Positions 33,706 through 42,663 of a stretch of DNA of 64,000 bases are shown here, one piece after another; the first letter of the stretch is position 1; every line of letters begins with the position of its first letter. Source of the DNA: Pseudomonadota bacterium. GTDB lineage: Bacteria > Pseudomonadota > Gammaproteobacteria > Pseudomonadales > JADFDG01. The stretch lies in NCBI GenBank assembly GCA_049324475.1, contig JBMOOO010000011.1, positions 232,846-296,845 on the forward strand, given 5' to 3'. The translations under genes were made by a program, and so were the position numbers. The notes under the pieces were generated by a model. That model made no database searches. It worked only from the letters and a program-made list of their open reading frames with translations, and was not told the origin of the DNA.

Positions 33706-35499
33706 CTACTGATGCGTGCTGGCGAGGAAACGCCCGTAGCGGGTCCGGCCCGCATTCGCTGAGGCCAGGCCATCACGCTTCAGGAAGCGCCCGCCGACCA
33801 TGACATGGGGCACGGCGGCTCCGGAATCGGTCACCATGCGCAGTTCGCCATCCAGGCGCTCGTCGAATATTTCCCTCGGCGGTCCCAGGTCGGTTTTCAG
33901 CCGTGCGGGATCGATCACGCACAGGTCGGCGACACGGCCGGTTTCCAGCGTGCCGCGGTCCAGCCCGAACCATGCCGCGGTTTCACCGGTCAGGCGATGC
34001 ACGGCCTGCTCCACGGTGAGCGTGTCCCCGTACAGCATGGCGTCGCGCAGGCAGCACAGGTGCGCGTGCTGGAATGCCATGTTGCGGTTGTGCGCGCCGG
34101 CGTCGGAGAAGCCGGGCAGGTTGTACGGCTTCGCCAGCAGTTGCCGCATGATCGCCGGGCGGTCGTTGGCGATCACGGTGTGCCAGCGGATGGCCTCACC
34201 GAACTGCACCAGTGCATCCAGGAAGTAATCGATGCCGTCGCGGTGCGCGCGCGATGCCAGCTCTGCGAAGGTGTGGCCGGCCAGCGCCGCATCCGGAGCC
34301 GAAGTCACCCGCATCTCGGCGAAATCACGGTGGAAGCTGCGGTTGAAGCGGCTGTTCCATTCACGGCGGAAGCGCGCCCGGTAGTCGGGGTCGCGCAGCA
34401 GGGCCAGACGCTGTTCGTGGGTATCGCAGTTCATCAGCGCCGTGCCGGTGCTGAATTCCTCGAAGATCGGTGTGGAAAAACCGTCGGCCCACATCTGGAA
34501 CGGCGACGCCAGCGCCTGGAAACGGAAATCGCCTCCCAGCAGCCGGTTGGCCAGCGCCGTGACCGCTCCGCTGAGGCGGGTGAAGGCGCGGTTGCTGCGG
34601 AAATCGAGTGCCGCCAGCGCCGTGACCTTGAGCGGGCGGCGCAGGAGGCCGGCACTCATCATGGCCAGCAGCAGCACACTTTCCTTGCGGTTGGCATTGG
34701 GTGTGGCCTGCATCACCCGGCCGCGGTCGCGCAGATGGTTGGCCAGGTGGCGGTATTCGGCCAGCGATGCGTACTGCGACGGAATCGAGACGCCGAGGTA
34801 TTTCGCACCGGCCATGCGATGCCAGGGCAACATGTCGATCGACAGGCCGAGGAAGCCGGCGTCCAGCGCCTCCTCGAGCAGCACATCCATCGCGGCCAGA
34901 TCCGGCGCGCCGATGCGGGTGCGGCCGAGGCTGCGTTCCTTGCCCAGCACGGCAAGCCGCAGGTTGGAGTGGCCGAGAAAGGCCGCCACGTTCGGGCCCA
35001 GCGGCAAGTGGTCGAGGTGCTCGGCATATTCGCGCGGGCCGCGCCAGTTGAGACGGCCGCCCAGCCATTTCTGCAGCAGGTGCCTGGGCAGGCTTTCCAC
35101 CCGTGTGAACATGTCGATGACATCGGTTTCATGGCCGATCGCCAGCGACATCGAGCAGTTGCCGATGACCACGGTGGTGACGCCGTGCCGGGTCGATTCC
35201 GGCAAGTCCGGGAAAGCTTCCAGTTCGGCGTCGTAGTGGGTGTGGATGTCGATGAAGCCCGGTGTCACCCACAGGCCACCCAGATCCAGCTGTTCGCGTG
35301 CATCGCCGGTGTAGCCGCCACTGCCGTCGCGCGTTTCGATGGCGGCGATGCGGTCACGCCGGATGGCGATGTCGACATGCCGTGGCGGTGCGCCGGTGCC
35401 GTCATACAGCAGCGCATTGCGCAGGACGAGATCGACAGCCTGGTCCGGATAAGCAGCGGGTTGCATCCCTGGGGCCCTGAGTCCGTTGCGGCGTGGCAT
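33706..35499 (-). CDS. N-acyl-D-amino-acid deacylase family amidohydrolase
   Basis: 'DLVLRNALLYDGTG..DIAIRRDRIAAI' and 'PGFIDIHTHYD' metal motif. The start may instead be ATG 35466 (MQPAAYPD). Confidence 0.75.
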   Translation of the reverse strand: MPRRNGLRAPGMQPAAYPDQAVDLVLRNALLYDGTGAPPRHVDIAIRRDRIAAIETRDGSGGYTGDAREQLDLGGLWVTPGFIDIHTHYDAELEAFPDLPESTRHGVTTVVIGNCSMSLAIGHETDVIDMFTRVESLPRHLLQKWLGGRLNWRGPREYAEHLDHLPLGPNVAAFLGHSNLRLAVLGKERSLGRTRIGAPDLAAMDVLLEEALDAGFLGLSIDMLPWHRMAGAKYLGVSIPSQYASLAEYRHLANHLRDRGRVMQATPNANRKESVLLLAMMSAGLLRRPLKVTALAALDFRSNRAFTRLSGAVTALANRLLGGDFRFQALASPFQMWADGFSTPIFEEFSTGTALMNCDTHEQRLALLRDPDYRARFRREWNSRFNRSFHRDFAEMRVTSAPDAALAGHTFAELASRAHRDGIDYFLDALVQFGEAIRWHTVIANDRPAIMRQLLAKPYNLPGFSDAGAHNRNMAFQHAHLCCLRDAMLYGDTLTVEQAVHRLTGETAAWFGLDRGTLETGRVADLCVIDPARLKTDLGPPREIFDERLDGELRMVTDSGAAVPHVMVGGRFLKRDGLASANAGRTRYGRFLASTHQ

Positions 35500-35606
35500 G
35501 CGCGGCCGGCTGGATTTTTGCCGGCCCGGAACCGACTATCTGGCCCACCCCGCAGGCTGTCAACGCGCCTGCGCGGCAAGGCGACAAACTCCGGGAGAAC
35601 AACGAC

Positions 35607-36482
35607 GTGCAACACATCGGATTCATCGGGCTGGGGCTCATGGGCATGCCCATGGCACGGCGTCTGCTGTCCGCCGGCTACCCGGTCACGGTCTGGAACC
35701 GTTCGCCCGGCCGGGCGGATGTGCTGGCAGAGGCCGGTGCACGGCTGGCGGACAGCCCGGCTGCACTGGCGCGCGACGCGGACGTGGTGATGCTGTGTGT
35801 GGCCGACACCGGTGCCGTGGCGGACGTGGTGTTCGCTGCCGGCGGTGTTGCCGAAGGCGGTGCACCGGGCAAGCTGCTGGTGGATTTCTCCTCCATTTCC
35901 CCGTCGGCCACCCGCGGGTTCGCGTTGCGTCTGCAGCAGGCCTGCGGCATGCGCTGGATCGATGCACCCGTCTCCGGTGGTGTGCCCGGAGCCGAGCAGG
36001 GCACGCTGGCGATCATGGCCGGCGGCGAGGCGGCCGATATTGAACGCGTGCGCCCGCTGCTGGCCGTGCTGGGTTCACGCTGTACACACCTGGGCGCCGC
36101 CGGTGCCGGCCAGGTGGCGAAGGTCTGCAACCAGTTGATCGTCGGCCTGAATGCGCTCGCGATTGCCGAGGCGGTGGCGCTGGCCGAGCGCTCCGGCGTT
36201 GACGCCGCGCTGCTGCCGGCGGCACTGGCCGGCGGCTTTGCCGATTCGAAGCCGCTGCAGCTTCTGGCACCGCGCATGGCGGCCGACCGTTTCGAACCGG
36301 TGGCGTGGAAAGTGCGCACCCTGCTGAAGGATCTCGACAATGCCGGTGCGCTGGCCGGCGAACTCGGCATGCAACTGCCGCTGGCCGGCTTCGGTGCGGA
36401 GCGCATGCGGGCGCACGGCAGGGATGGCCACCTCGATCACGATCCGTCCACGCTGATCCTGCAGGCGCGGGCCGGGCGCTGA
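35607..36482 (+). CDS. NAD(P)-dependent 3-hydroxyisobutyrate / tartronate-semialdehyde reductase family oxidoreductase
   Basis: GTG 35607 follows GGGAGA. 'IGFIGLGLMGMPMARRL' Rossmann motif and 'DAPVSGG'. Confidence 0.8.
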   Translation: MQHIGFIGLGLMGMPMARRLLSAGYPVTVWNRSPGRADVLAEAGARLADSPAALARDADVVMLCVADTGAVADVVFAAGGVAEGGAPGKLLVDFSSISPSATRGFALRLQQACGMRWIDAPVSGGVPGAEQGTLAIMAGGEAADIERVRPLLAVLGSRCTHLGAAGAGQVAKVCNQLIVGLNALAIAEAVALAERSGVDAALLPAALAGGFADSKPLQLLAPRMAADRFEPVAWKVRTLLKDLDNAGALAGELGMQLPLAGFGAERMRAHGRDGHLDHDPSTLILQARAGR

Positions 36483-36489
36483 CCGGCTT

Positions 36490-37515
36490 TCAGCGCACGG
36501 CTTCGTAGACGCGGAAGCGGGTGGTTTCCATCAGCGTGCGGCATTTGCCGAAGGCGCGCTGCAGCGAGGACAGGTAATCCAGATGCGCGTTGGCGACGAT
36601 GCGCAGCCGGCCGCCGGGCTTGAGAAAGCGCGGTGCCTCGGCAATGAAACGTTCGACAAAACGGTAGTCGGTGGCAATGCCGTCGTGAAAGGGCGGATTG
36701 CTGATGATCCAGTCGAACGTGCCCTGCACATGGCTGAAGCCGTCGCTGGCCGTGACTTTCGCATCCAGACCGTTCTCGCGCAGGGTCCATTCGCTGGCGA
36801 GCACGGCCATGGCGTTGCTGTCGACCATCTCCACCGCCAGACCGGGCTGTTGTTTTTTGAGCCAGGCGCCGATCACGCCGGCACCGCAGCCCATGTCCAG
36901 CACGCGGCCTTTATGTACGTCGGCCAGCGTGCCCAGCAGCAGTGCGGTGCCCTCGTCCAGCCGGCCGGCGCTGAACACGCCCGGCAGCGAAGCCACCGCC
37001 AGCTCGCTGCCGGCTACGTCGAGTGCCAGCACTTCCAGCCAGTCGTCGAGCCTGAACGGTGTGCCGGCTGATTTCGGCGAGATTTTCACCAGACGGCAGT
37101 GGCGGGCGGTGTCGATCGTTTCCACGGCAATGCCGGCACCGGCGAGACGCTTTTCGGTGCTGCGGATACCACCGCGGTTCTCGCCGACCAGCCACAGCGT
37201 GCCGCCGGCAGCGAGCTTCGAACGCGCGAGGAAAAGCAGGAAATCGGCGAGGTTGCGCTCTTTCGGATGAAACAGCACGCAGGCGGCGTAATGGCCTGCA
37301 CCGGCTGCCGGAACCGGGCCGAACTCGACCTCGATGCGTTGCGCCCGCAGCGCCTGTGCGTCGGCCAGATCCTGGCTGAACAACACCGGCTGAAGGTCCG
37401 TGCGCGCCGCCAGTTCGCGGCCCAGCCCGTCGGCCGGCGGGTTGAGCAGCAGCAGGGCACCGGCGGGCAGGCGTTCAAGATTGCGAAGGAGGACCTGACT
37501 GGCGGGCGCGAGCAT
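36490..37515 (-). CDS. rsmC: 16S rRNA (guanine-N2)-methyltransferase RsmC-like
   Basis: Internal ATG at 37515 (MLAPASQVLLRNL). 'VLDMGCGAGVIG' SAM motif and 'NPPFH' motif IV. The rest of the 706-aa ORF is antisense to hyi. Confidence 0.85.
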   Translation of the reverse strand: MLAPASQVLLRNLERLPAGALLLLNPPADGLGRELAARTDLQPVLFSQDLADAQALRAQRIEVEFGPVPAAGAGHYAACVLFHPKERNLADFLLFLARSKLAAGGTLWLVGENRGGIRSTEKRLAGAGIAVETIDTARHCRLVKISPKSAGTPFRLDDWLEVLALDVAGSELAVASLPGVFSAGRLDEGTALLLGTLADVHKGRVLDMGCGAGVIGAWLKKQQPGLAVEMVDSNAMAVLASEWTLRENGLDAKVTASDGFSHVQGTFDWIISNPPFHDGIATDYRFVERFIAEAPRFLKPGGRLRIVANAHLDYLSSLQRAFGKCRTLMETTRFRVYEAVR

Positions 37516-37581
37516 CGGGGCAGCTGTCGGAAAAGGGCGGGGCCGGCGATTATAGCGGCGCTGTCCGTACCGGAGTCCGTC

Positions 37582-38400
37582 ATGCCGCGTTTCGCCGCCA
37601 ATCTTTCCCTGCTGTTTCCGGAGCTGCCGCCGCTGGCGCGCATTGATGCGGCGCGCCGGGCCGGATTCGCGGCGGTGGAAATCCAGTTTCCCTACGAGGT
37701 GCCGGCGCGGGAGTGGCAACGCGCGCTGGCCGATGCGGGTATGCCGCTGGTGCTGTTCAACGTGGCGGCGGGCGATCTCATGGCCGGCGGCGACGGGCTG
37801 GCCGGCGTGCCCGGGCGTGAAGCGGCGTTTGCGCAGGCGCTGGAGCAGTGCGCGGACTATGTCCGCGTGCTGAAGCCGGGCTGTGTGAACGTGCTGGCCG
37901 GGCGGCAGCCGGAGAGCGTGCCGCTGGCCGACTGTCTGGGTGTGCTGCAGCGCAACCTCGGGCGTGCCGTGCGTGTGTTGTCGCCGTCTGGTGTCACGGT
38001 GACGGTCGAGGCGATCAACCGTCACGACATGCCGCGTTTCCTGCTGACGGATTTTGCCTCGATGGAGGCTGCCGTTACCGCCGTGCCCGGCACGGCCATG
38101 CAGTTCGATATCTACCACATGGCCCGGGCGGCAGAACCGCTGGCGACACACATCGCCGCCCACGGCGCCCGTTTCGGCCACGTGCAGTTTGCCGACGTGC
38201 CCGGGCGTGGTGCCCCCGGCTCTGGGCAACTGGATTTTCCGGCCCTGTTCGCGGCGCTGGATGCTTCGGGTTACCGGGGCTGGTGCGGTGCCGAGTACCG
38301 GCCGGCTGCAGCAGCGGGTACCGGTGTGACACAGGCCACATTCAGCTGGCTGGCCCGGGCCCGGGGTGGCCTCCCGTCGGAAAGCCGTGGGGGGCTGTGA
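37582..38400 (+). CDS. hyi: hydroxypyruvate isomerase
   Basis: ATG 37582 (MPRFAANLSLLFPE). Xylose-isomerase-like TIM barrel with 'EAINRHDMPRF'. Confidence 0.85.
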   Translation: MPRFAANLSLLFPELPPLARIDAARRAGFAAVEIQFPYEVPAREWQRALADAGMPLVLFNVAAGDLMAGGDGLAGVPGREAAFAQALEQCADYVRVLKPGCVNVLAGRQPESVPLADCLGVLQRNLGRAVRVLSPSGVTVTVEAINRHDMPRFLLTDFASMEAAVTAVPGTAMQFDIYHMARAAEPLATHIAAHGARFGHVQFADVPGRGAPGSGQLDFPALFAALDASGYRGWCGAEYRPAAAAGTGVTQATFSWLARARGGLPSESRGGL

Positions 38401-38504
38401 CCGGTCATCCATAAAATCCGGGACTGGTCGGTTCCCTGTTGGAGTGCATCGGGATCGCCCGTAAAAACAACGAGATAAACAACAAGAACGAGAGGAACGC
38501 CTGC

Positions 38505-40847
38505 ATGGCCCTCCTGCTTCGCCGCCTGCTTGCCCTGGCCCTTCTGCCGTTGGCACTGACGGCCTGTACCGATGACGGTTCGTCTTCCGCGGGCGGCGAC
38601 GCGCCCGCAACCGCGGCGGAAATTTCCGGCTCCGTGGTGAAGGGCATCACCGCCAATGCGGTGATCAGCGTCTACGCGCCGGACGGTGACGGACTGGAAC
38701 TGCTCGCCACCGGCAGGAGCAATGAACAGGGTGCCTTCTCGATCACGCTGCCGGAAGGTTTTGAAGGCGTGGTGAAACTGGTGGTGACGCCGTCATCGCC
38801 GCCGGATGCACCGACGCAGATGCGTTGTGATGCGCCGACCGGCTGCTACAACGCGCCGGGAGGTACGTTGTACGACTACGGCGAGTGGTTCGACGTGCCG
38901 GCCGACTTCGAAATGAGCGCGGTGGCCTCCGTGACCGGCACCGGCATCCAGATGATCAACGTCACGCCGCTGTCGACGCTGGCGGCAGCGCTGGCGGCTA
39001 CCTTTCCGCAGGGGCTCGATCCCCGCAGCGCAGATGCCGCCAACGAGCAGGTGGCTGCCATGTTCGGCTTCTCCATGGTGGACATCGAGCAGGGCGCCGG
39101 TGACATCACCGACGAAATGTGGGCTGGTCTGGCCGACCCGAAACAGATCCAGCTGGCGTTGCTGTATGCCGCCTTTGCGGAACTGGCGGCCCAGAACGGC
39201 CTGACCTCGCAGGGTGCCATGGATGCCGTGCTCCGGTTTTTCACCGAGCATGACGGCAGTCTGTACGAAGCAGACAGCCCCGATGCATTCGGCCCGACCC
39301 TGGCCGCCCTGCTGACCGAGACCCGCACATTGACCGGCGTGATCGATATTCCGGATGGTGCATCGCTGGATGTGCAGGATTCCATCGATGACCTGCTGGC
39401 CCGGCTGGAAGCCGGCACCCTGCTGGTGCCGCGGGAAGTGACACTCGACGACCTGCTGGGTTCGCTGGGCACGCTCGGCGAGGACCTGGACGAACTGCTG
39501 CAGGTCACCGGCCTGAACGATCCCCACCAGTTCATCCTGGACCAGGGCCCGTACTTCAGCTGGATTCTTGCCAACGACAACCTGAAGCTCGTGCCGCTGG
39601 CGGTCGATGTCGTGGTGAACGCGCTGATCGGCTCGCTGAAGCTGGATCTGCCCGAGGCGTCGCTGGATTTCTACAACACCAACGAGACCTCGACCTTCAC
39701 CCTGGACAGTGAGGCGAAAACGCTGCACATCACCGGTGTGCGCCACATGCAGACGGTTGACCTCACGCTGGGCCTGACCGGGCTGCTGTCGGGCCTGGAG
39801 GACGGCGAGTTGCAGTTCAGCATCAGCGGCACGGCCGAGAACGGTACGGCTGAAGGTGAAATCGAGGGAGTCGTCATGATCGGCCTGGAAGGCTCACAGT
39901 TCGATGATCTGATCGATGCATTGCGGGCCGTGCAGGGCACGGAGCCAGGTTCCGAGGCGTACGACAATGCAATCGACCTGTGCTTCCAGGAACTGGGCAA
40001 GATCCTGCCGTCGCTGGATGTGATCGTGACCCTGGATGGCGGTGGTGAGCTGACCAACAAGGCATCGCCGTCGATGACGCTGGCCGCGGATGTCGTGCTC
40101 ACCGGATTCCTGGACGTGGGCCAGGCCATGGCCGCGGGTCTGGAGTCGATGATGCCTGGCCTGTCGCTCCCGGGGCTTCCGACCGAGCCGGGAACGATTG
40201 CCACCCTGGTCGTGTCCAGCGGCAACATCGAGTTGCCCAACGGCGATCATCTGGAAGGCATTCCGGACACGCCGATCCTGGTGGCGGAAATCGCCGAGGA
40301 TGCCACGGTGAAAGTGGACGGTTCGGCGACGCTGTTCGGCCTCCCCGAGGCGGTACTGGATGCTCAGGGAACCCTCTTCAATGCCCGCGAGCTGTTCGGG
40401 CATCTGGGCATCACGCTGGTGGCGGGGATCCTGGGCCAGTTTGATGTCGATGAACTGGTGGATGCCCTGCTCGATTTCGATTTTTCCCAGGTGGGTGTGT
40501 ATGCCGCGGGGACGGTCGATATCAAGGCTGCAGGCATCCTCAGCCGCGATCACCAGTACCGGGCGGCACTGGAGGACCTCACCATCACGGTCTTCCAGCC
40601 GCACAGCGAGGAAGTCGCAGCGACGGCCGAACTGGATTTCGACCACCAGGCCGTGCACATGACCCTGGGCGGCGAGCCCTGGGATCTGCGGGTGATGACC
40701 ACGCCGACGCCGCGTCTGCTGCTGCTCGGCCCGGACGGTCAGTACGCCACGGTCAGCCAGGAAGACGTGTTCGCCTTCCTGGACACGCTGCCGCTGGGCG
40801 ACCTGCTGGGCGGGCTGTTCCCGACGGCCCCTGCGCCGGCACCCTGA
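38505..40847 (+). CDS. large acidic lipoprotein of unknown function
   Basis: ATG 38505 follows GAGAGGA. Lipobox 'LLPLALTAC'. Has a carboxypeptidase-regulatory-like beta-sandwich start ('ISGSVVKGITANAVISVYAPDG..GAFSITLP'). Very D/E/L/G-rich, and I recognise no catalytic motif. Confidence 0.7.
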   Translation: MALLLRRLLALALLPLALTACTDDGSSSAGGDAPATAAEISGSVVKGITANAVISVYAPDGDGLELLATGRSNEQGAFSITLPEGFEGVVKLVVTPSSPPDAPTQMRCDAPTGCYNAPGGTLYDYGEWFDVPADFEMSAVASVTGTGIQMINVTPLSTLAAALAATFPQGLDPRSADAANEQVAAMFGFSMVDIEQGAGDITDEMWAGLADPKQIQLALLYAAFAELAAQNGLTSQGAMDAVLRFFTEHDGSLYEADSPDAFGPTLAALLTETRTLTGVIDIPDGASLDVQDSIDDLLARLEAGTLLVPREVTLDDLLGSLGTLGEDLDELLQVTGLNDPHQFILDQGPYFSWILANDNLKLVPLAVDVVVNALIGSLKLDLPEASLDFYNTNETSTFTLDSEAKTLHITGVRHMQTVDLTLGLTGLLSGLEDGELQFSISGTAENGTAEGEIEGVVMIGLEGSQFDDLIDALRAVQGTEPGSEAYDNAIDLCFQELGKILPSLDVIVTLDGGGELTNKASPSMTLAADVVLTGFLDVGQAMAAGLESMMPGLSLPGLPTEPGTIATLVVSSGNIELPNGDHLEGIPDTPILVAEIAEDATVKVDGSATLFGLPEAVLDAQGTLFNARELFGHLGITLVAGILGQFDVDELVDALLDFDFSQVGVYAAGTVDIKAAGILSRDHQYRAALEDLTITVFQPHSEEVAATAELDFDHQAVHMTLGGEPWDLRVMTTPTPRLLLLGPDGQYATVSQEDVFAFLDTLPLGDLLGGLFPTAPAPAP

Positions 40848-40958
40848 GGCTTTTGCCGGCCGGGGCCGGCGCACAGGCACGGGGGTGGCCGTATAATGCG
40901 CGCCCCCGCACCACCGGGCGGTCACGGCGACCGTCCGGGCCTGACCGGAGCCCCGCGC

Positions 40959-41447
40959 ATGCAGATTGCCGACAACGCCGTCGCCACCTTCCACTACACG
41001 CTCACCCGTCCTGACGGCAGTGCCATCGAAAGCTCGCGTGACGGCGATCCCGTCACCTATCTGCACAGTGCCGGCAACATCATTCCGGGGCTGGAAAAAG
41101 CCCTGGCCGGCAAAGGCGCCGGTGACCGCGTGCAGGTCACGGTGACACCGGCCGAAGGCTACGGCGAACGCCGCACCGACATGATCCAGCGCATCCCGGC
41201 CAAATACCTTGGCGGCAGCGCGAAACTGAAACCGGGCATGCAGGTGCCGCTCAAGCTTGAGCACGGCACCCAGCTGGTCACCGTGCTCAAGGTCGGCAAG
41301 TTCTCGGTCGACATCGACGCCAATCATCCGCTCGCCGGTGAAACGCTGTGCTTCGACATCGATGTGGTGTCGGTACGTGCCGCGCTGCCGGTCGAGCTCG
41401 AGCACGGCCATGCGCACGGCGCCGACGGCCACGCTCACCATCACTGA
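40959..41447 (+). CDS. slyD: FKBP-type peptidyl-prolyl isomerase SlyD (copy 1)
   Basis: ATG 40959. 'ATFHYTLT', 'GNIIPGLEKALAGK', 'DANHPLAGETLCFDIDVVSVR' and His-rich tail 'HGHAHGADGHAHHH'. Confidence 0.88.
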   Translation: MQIADNAVATFHYTLTRPDGSAIESSRDGDPVTYLHSAGNIIPGLEKALAGKGAGDRVQVTVTPAEGYGERRTDMIQRIPAKYLGGSAKLKPGMQVPLKLEHGTQLVTVLKVGKFSVDIDANHPLAGETLCFDIDVVSVRAALPVELEHGHAHGADGHAHHH

Positions 41448-41481
41448 TTTCCCATCCCGAATCCCACACAGGAACCCAACG

Positions 41482-41964
41482 ATGCAGGCCGGCGAAAACT
41501 CCGTGGTACTGATCCACTACACGCTCACCAGCGATGCCGGTGAAACCCTCGACAGCTCGGCCGGCCGTGAACCGCTGGCTTACCTGCACGGTTTCGGCAA
41601 CATCATTCCCGGCCTTGAGCAGGCACTGCTCGGCAAGCAAGCCGGTGACAAGCTGAAAGTCAGCATCCCGCCGGATCAGGCCTACGGCGTGCGCAACGAC
41701 GAGCTGGTAGAAGTGGTGCCGCGTTCAGCCTTTGGCGGTGCGCCGGATCTGGAAGTGGGCATGCAGTTCCAGGCCCGCACGCCGGAAGGCATGCGTGTGG
41801 TCACCATCGTCGATGTCGAGGGCGACGAGATCACGCTGGACGGCAATCATCCGCTGGCCGGCGAGACGCTGCACTTCGATGTGGAAATCGTCACGGTGCG
41901 CGCTGCCACCCAGGAAGAACTCGCGCACGGCCACGTGCACGGCGAGGGTGGTCATCACCACTGA
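41482..41964 (+). CDS. slyD: FKBP-type peptidyl-prolyl isomerase SlyD (copy 2)
   Basis: ATG 41482. 'VLIHYTLT', 'GNIIPGLEQALLGK', 'DGNHPLAGETLHFDVEIVTVR' and tail 'HGHVHGEGGHHH'. Confidence 0.88.
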   Translation: MQAGENSVVLIHYTLTSDAGETLDSSAGREPLAYLHGFGNIIPGLEQALLGKQAGDKLKVSIPPDQAYGVRNDELVEVVPRSAFGGAPDLEVGMQFQARTPEGMRVVTIVDVEGDEITLDGNHPLAGETLHFDVEIVTVRAATQEELAHGHVHGEGGHHH

Positions 41965-41979
41965 GTGATGCGCGCCGGA

Positions 41980-42663
41980 TTACCAGTCCGGCCATGAGTC
42001 CGGGCTTGATGCGTAGCGCACCGGCCGGCCATCGGCCGGATGCGCGAACGCCAGCTCGCAGGCATGCAGCAGCAGGCGCGGCGAAGCCGCCAGCGCGGCT
42101 TCGTGCGCGTACAGATCGCAACCGAGTATCGGATGACCGAGGCTGGCCAGATGCAGGCGCAGCTGGTGCTGCCGGCCGGTGACCGGATCCAGGCGCAAGT
42201 GCGTGCGGTTGCGTCCGGGATCGCGTGACAGCACGCGGTAACCGGTTTGCGAAGGCTTGCCGGCCGGATCGACGCGGCTGCGTGGCCGTCGCTCCGGATC
42301 GGGCGCCAGCGGCAGGTCGATGATGCCGGCGGCTTCCTCGACGACACCCCATACCATGGCCTCGTAGCCCTTGCCGATGGTGCGTTCCCGGATCTGCTTC
42401 GACAGTTCGCTGCGCGCGCGCGCCGTGCGCGGCACCACCAGCAGTCCCGAGGTATCCAGATCGAGCCGGTGGATGATCACGGCTTCGGGATAGTCCGGAA
42501 GCAGCCGGGTGATCACGCTGTCGGCGTTTTCCGGGCCGCGCCCCGGCACGGTGTAGAGAAAGGCGGGCTTGTCCACCACGATCAGGTCGTCGTCCACGTG
42601 CAGGATGCGCAGCGGCGCGTCGCAGCGCGGTGCGATGTAGTAGCTGCCGGCTGTGTCGTTCAT
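41980..42663 (-). CDS. RluA-family pseudouridine synthase
   Basis: 'HRLDLDTSGLLVV' catalytic Asp motif. 4-nt overlap with cmoB. Confidence 0.85.
   Translation of the reverse strand: MNDTAGSYYIAPRCDAPLRILHVDDDLIVVDKPAFLYTVPGRGPENADSVITRLLPDYPEAVIIHRLDLDTSGLLVVPRTARARSELSKQIRERTIGKGYEAMVWGVVEEAAGIIDLPLAPDPERRPRSRVDPAGKPSQTGYRVLSRDPGRNRTHLRLDPVTGRQHQLRLHLASLGHPILGCDLYAHEAALAASPRLLLHACELAFAHPADGRPVRYASSPDSWPDW

Noticed and set aside
35607-38400. The glxR-like reductase and hyi as a glyoxylate (gcl-hyi-glxR) catabolic cluster.
   Set aside because: No glyoxylate carboligase is present. The two genes are separated by the oppositely oriented rsmC, so an operon or pathway claim is not supported from this window.
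36490-38610. A 706-aa ORF, and similar over-long ORF-track entries (11738..13009, 42660..44180, 49067..50500, 49157..50929, 37099..38400).
   Set aside because: Only the C-terminal part matches a known protein (RsmC, UbiG, CmoB, Gap, TatD, Hyi). The N-terminal extensions run through or antisense to neighbouring genes. Internal ATGs give canonical N-termini, usually with 4-nt ATGA coupling or an RBS.
40892-40897. A consensus TATAAT upstream of slyD copy 1. TATACT boxes also lie upstream of trpS (4895-4900) and the ABC1 kinase gene (44521-44526).
   Set aside because: No acceptable -35 or extended -10 element sits at the proper spacing, so they are not reported as promoters.
40959-41964. The possibility that the tandem slyD genes, or the tandem PLC-like genes, are assembly duplications.
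   Set aside because: The copies differ throughout at the protein and DNA level; only a 124-nt tract of the PLC-like pair is near-identical. They therefore look like genuine paralogues.
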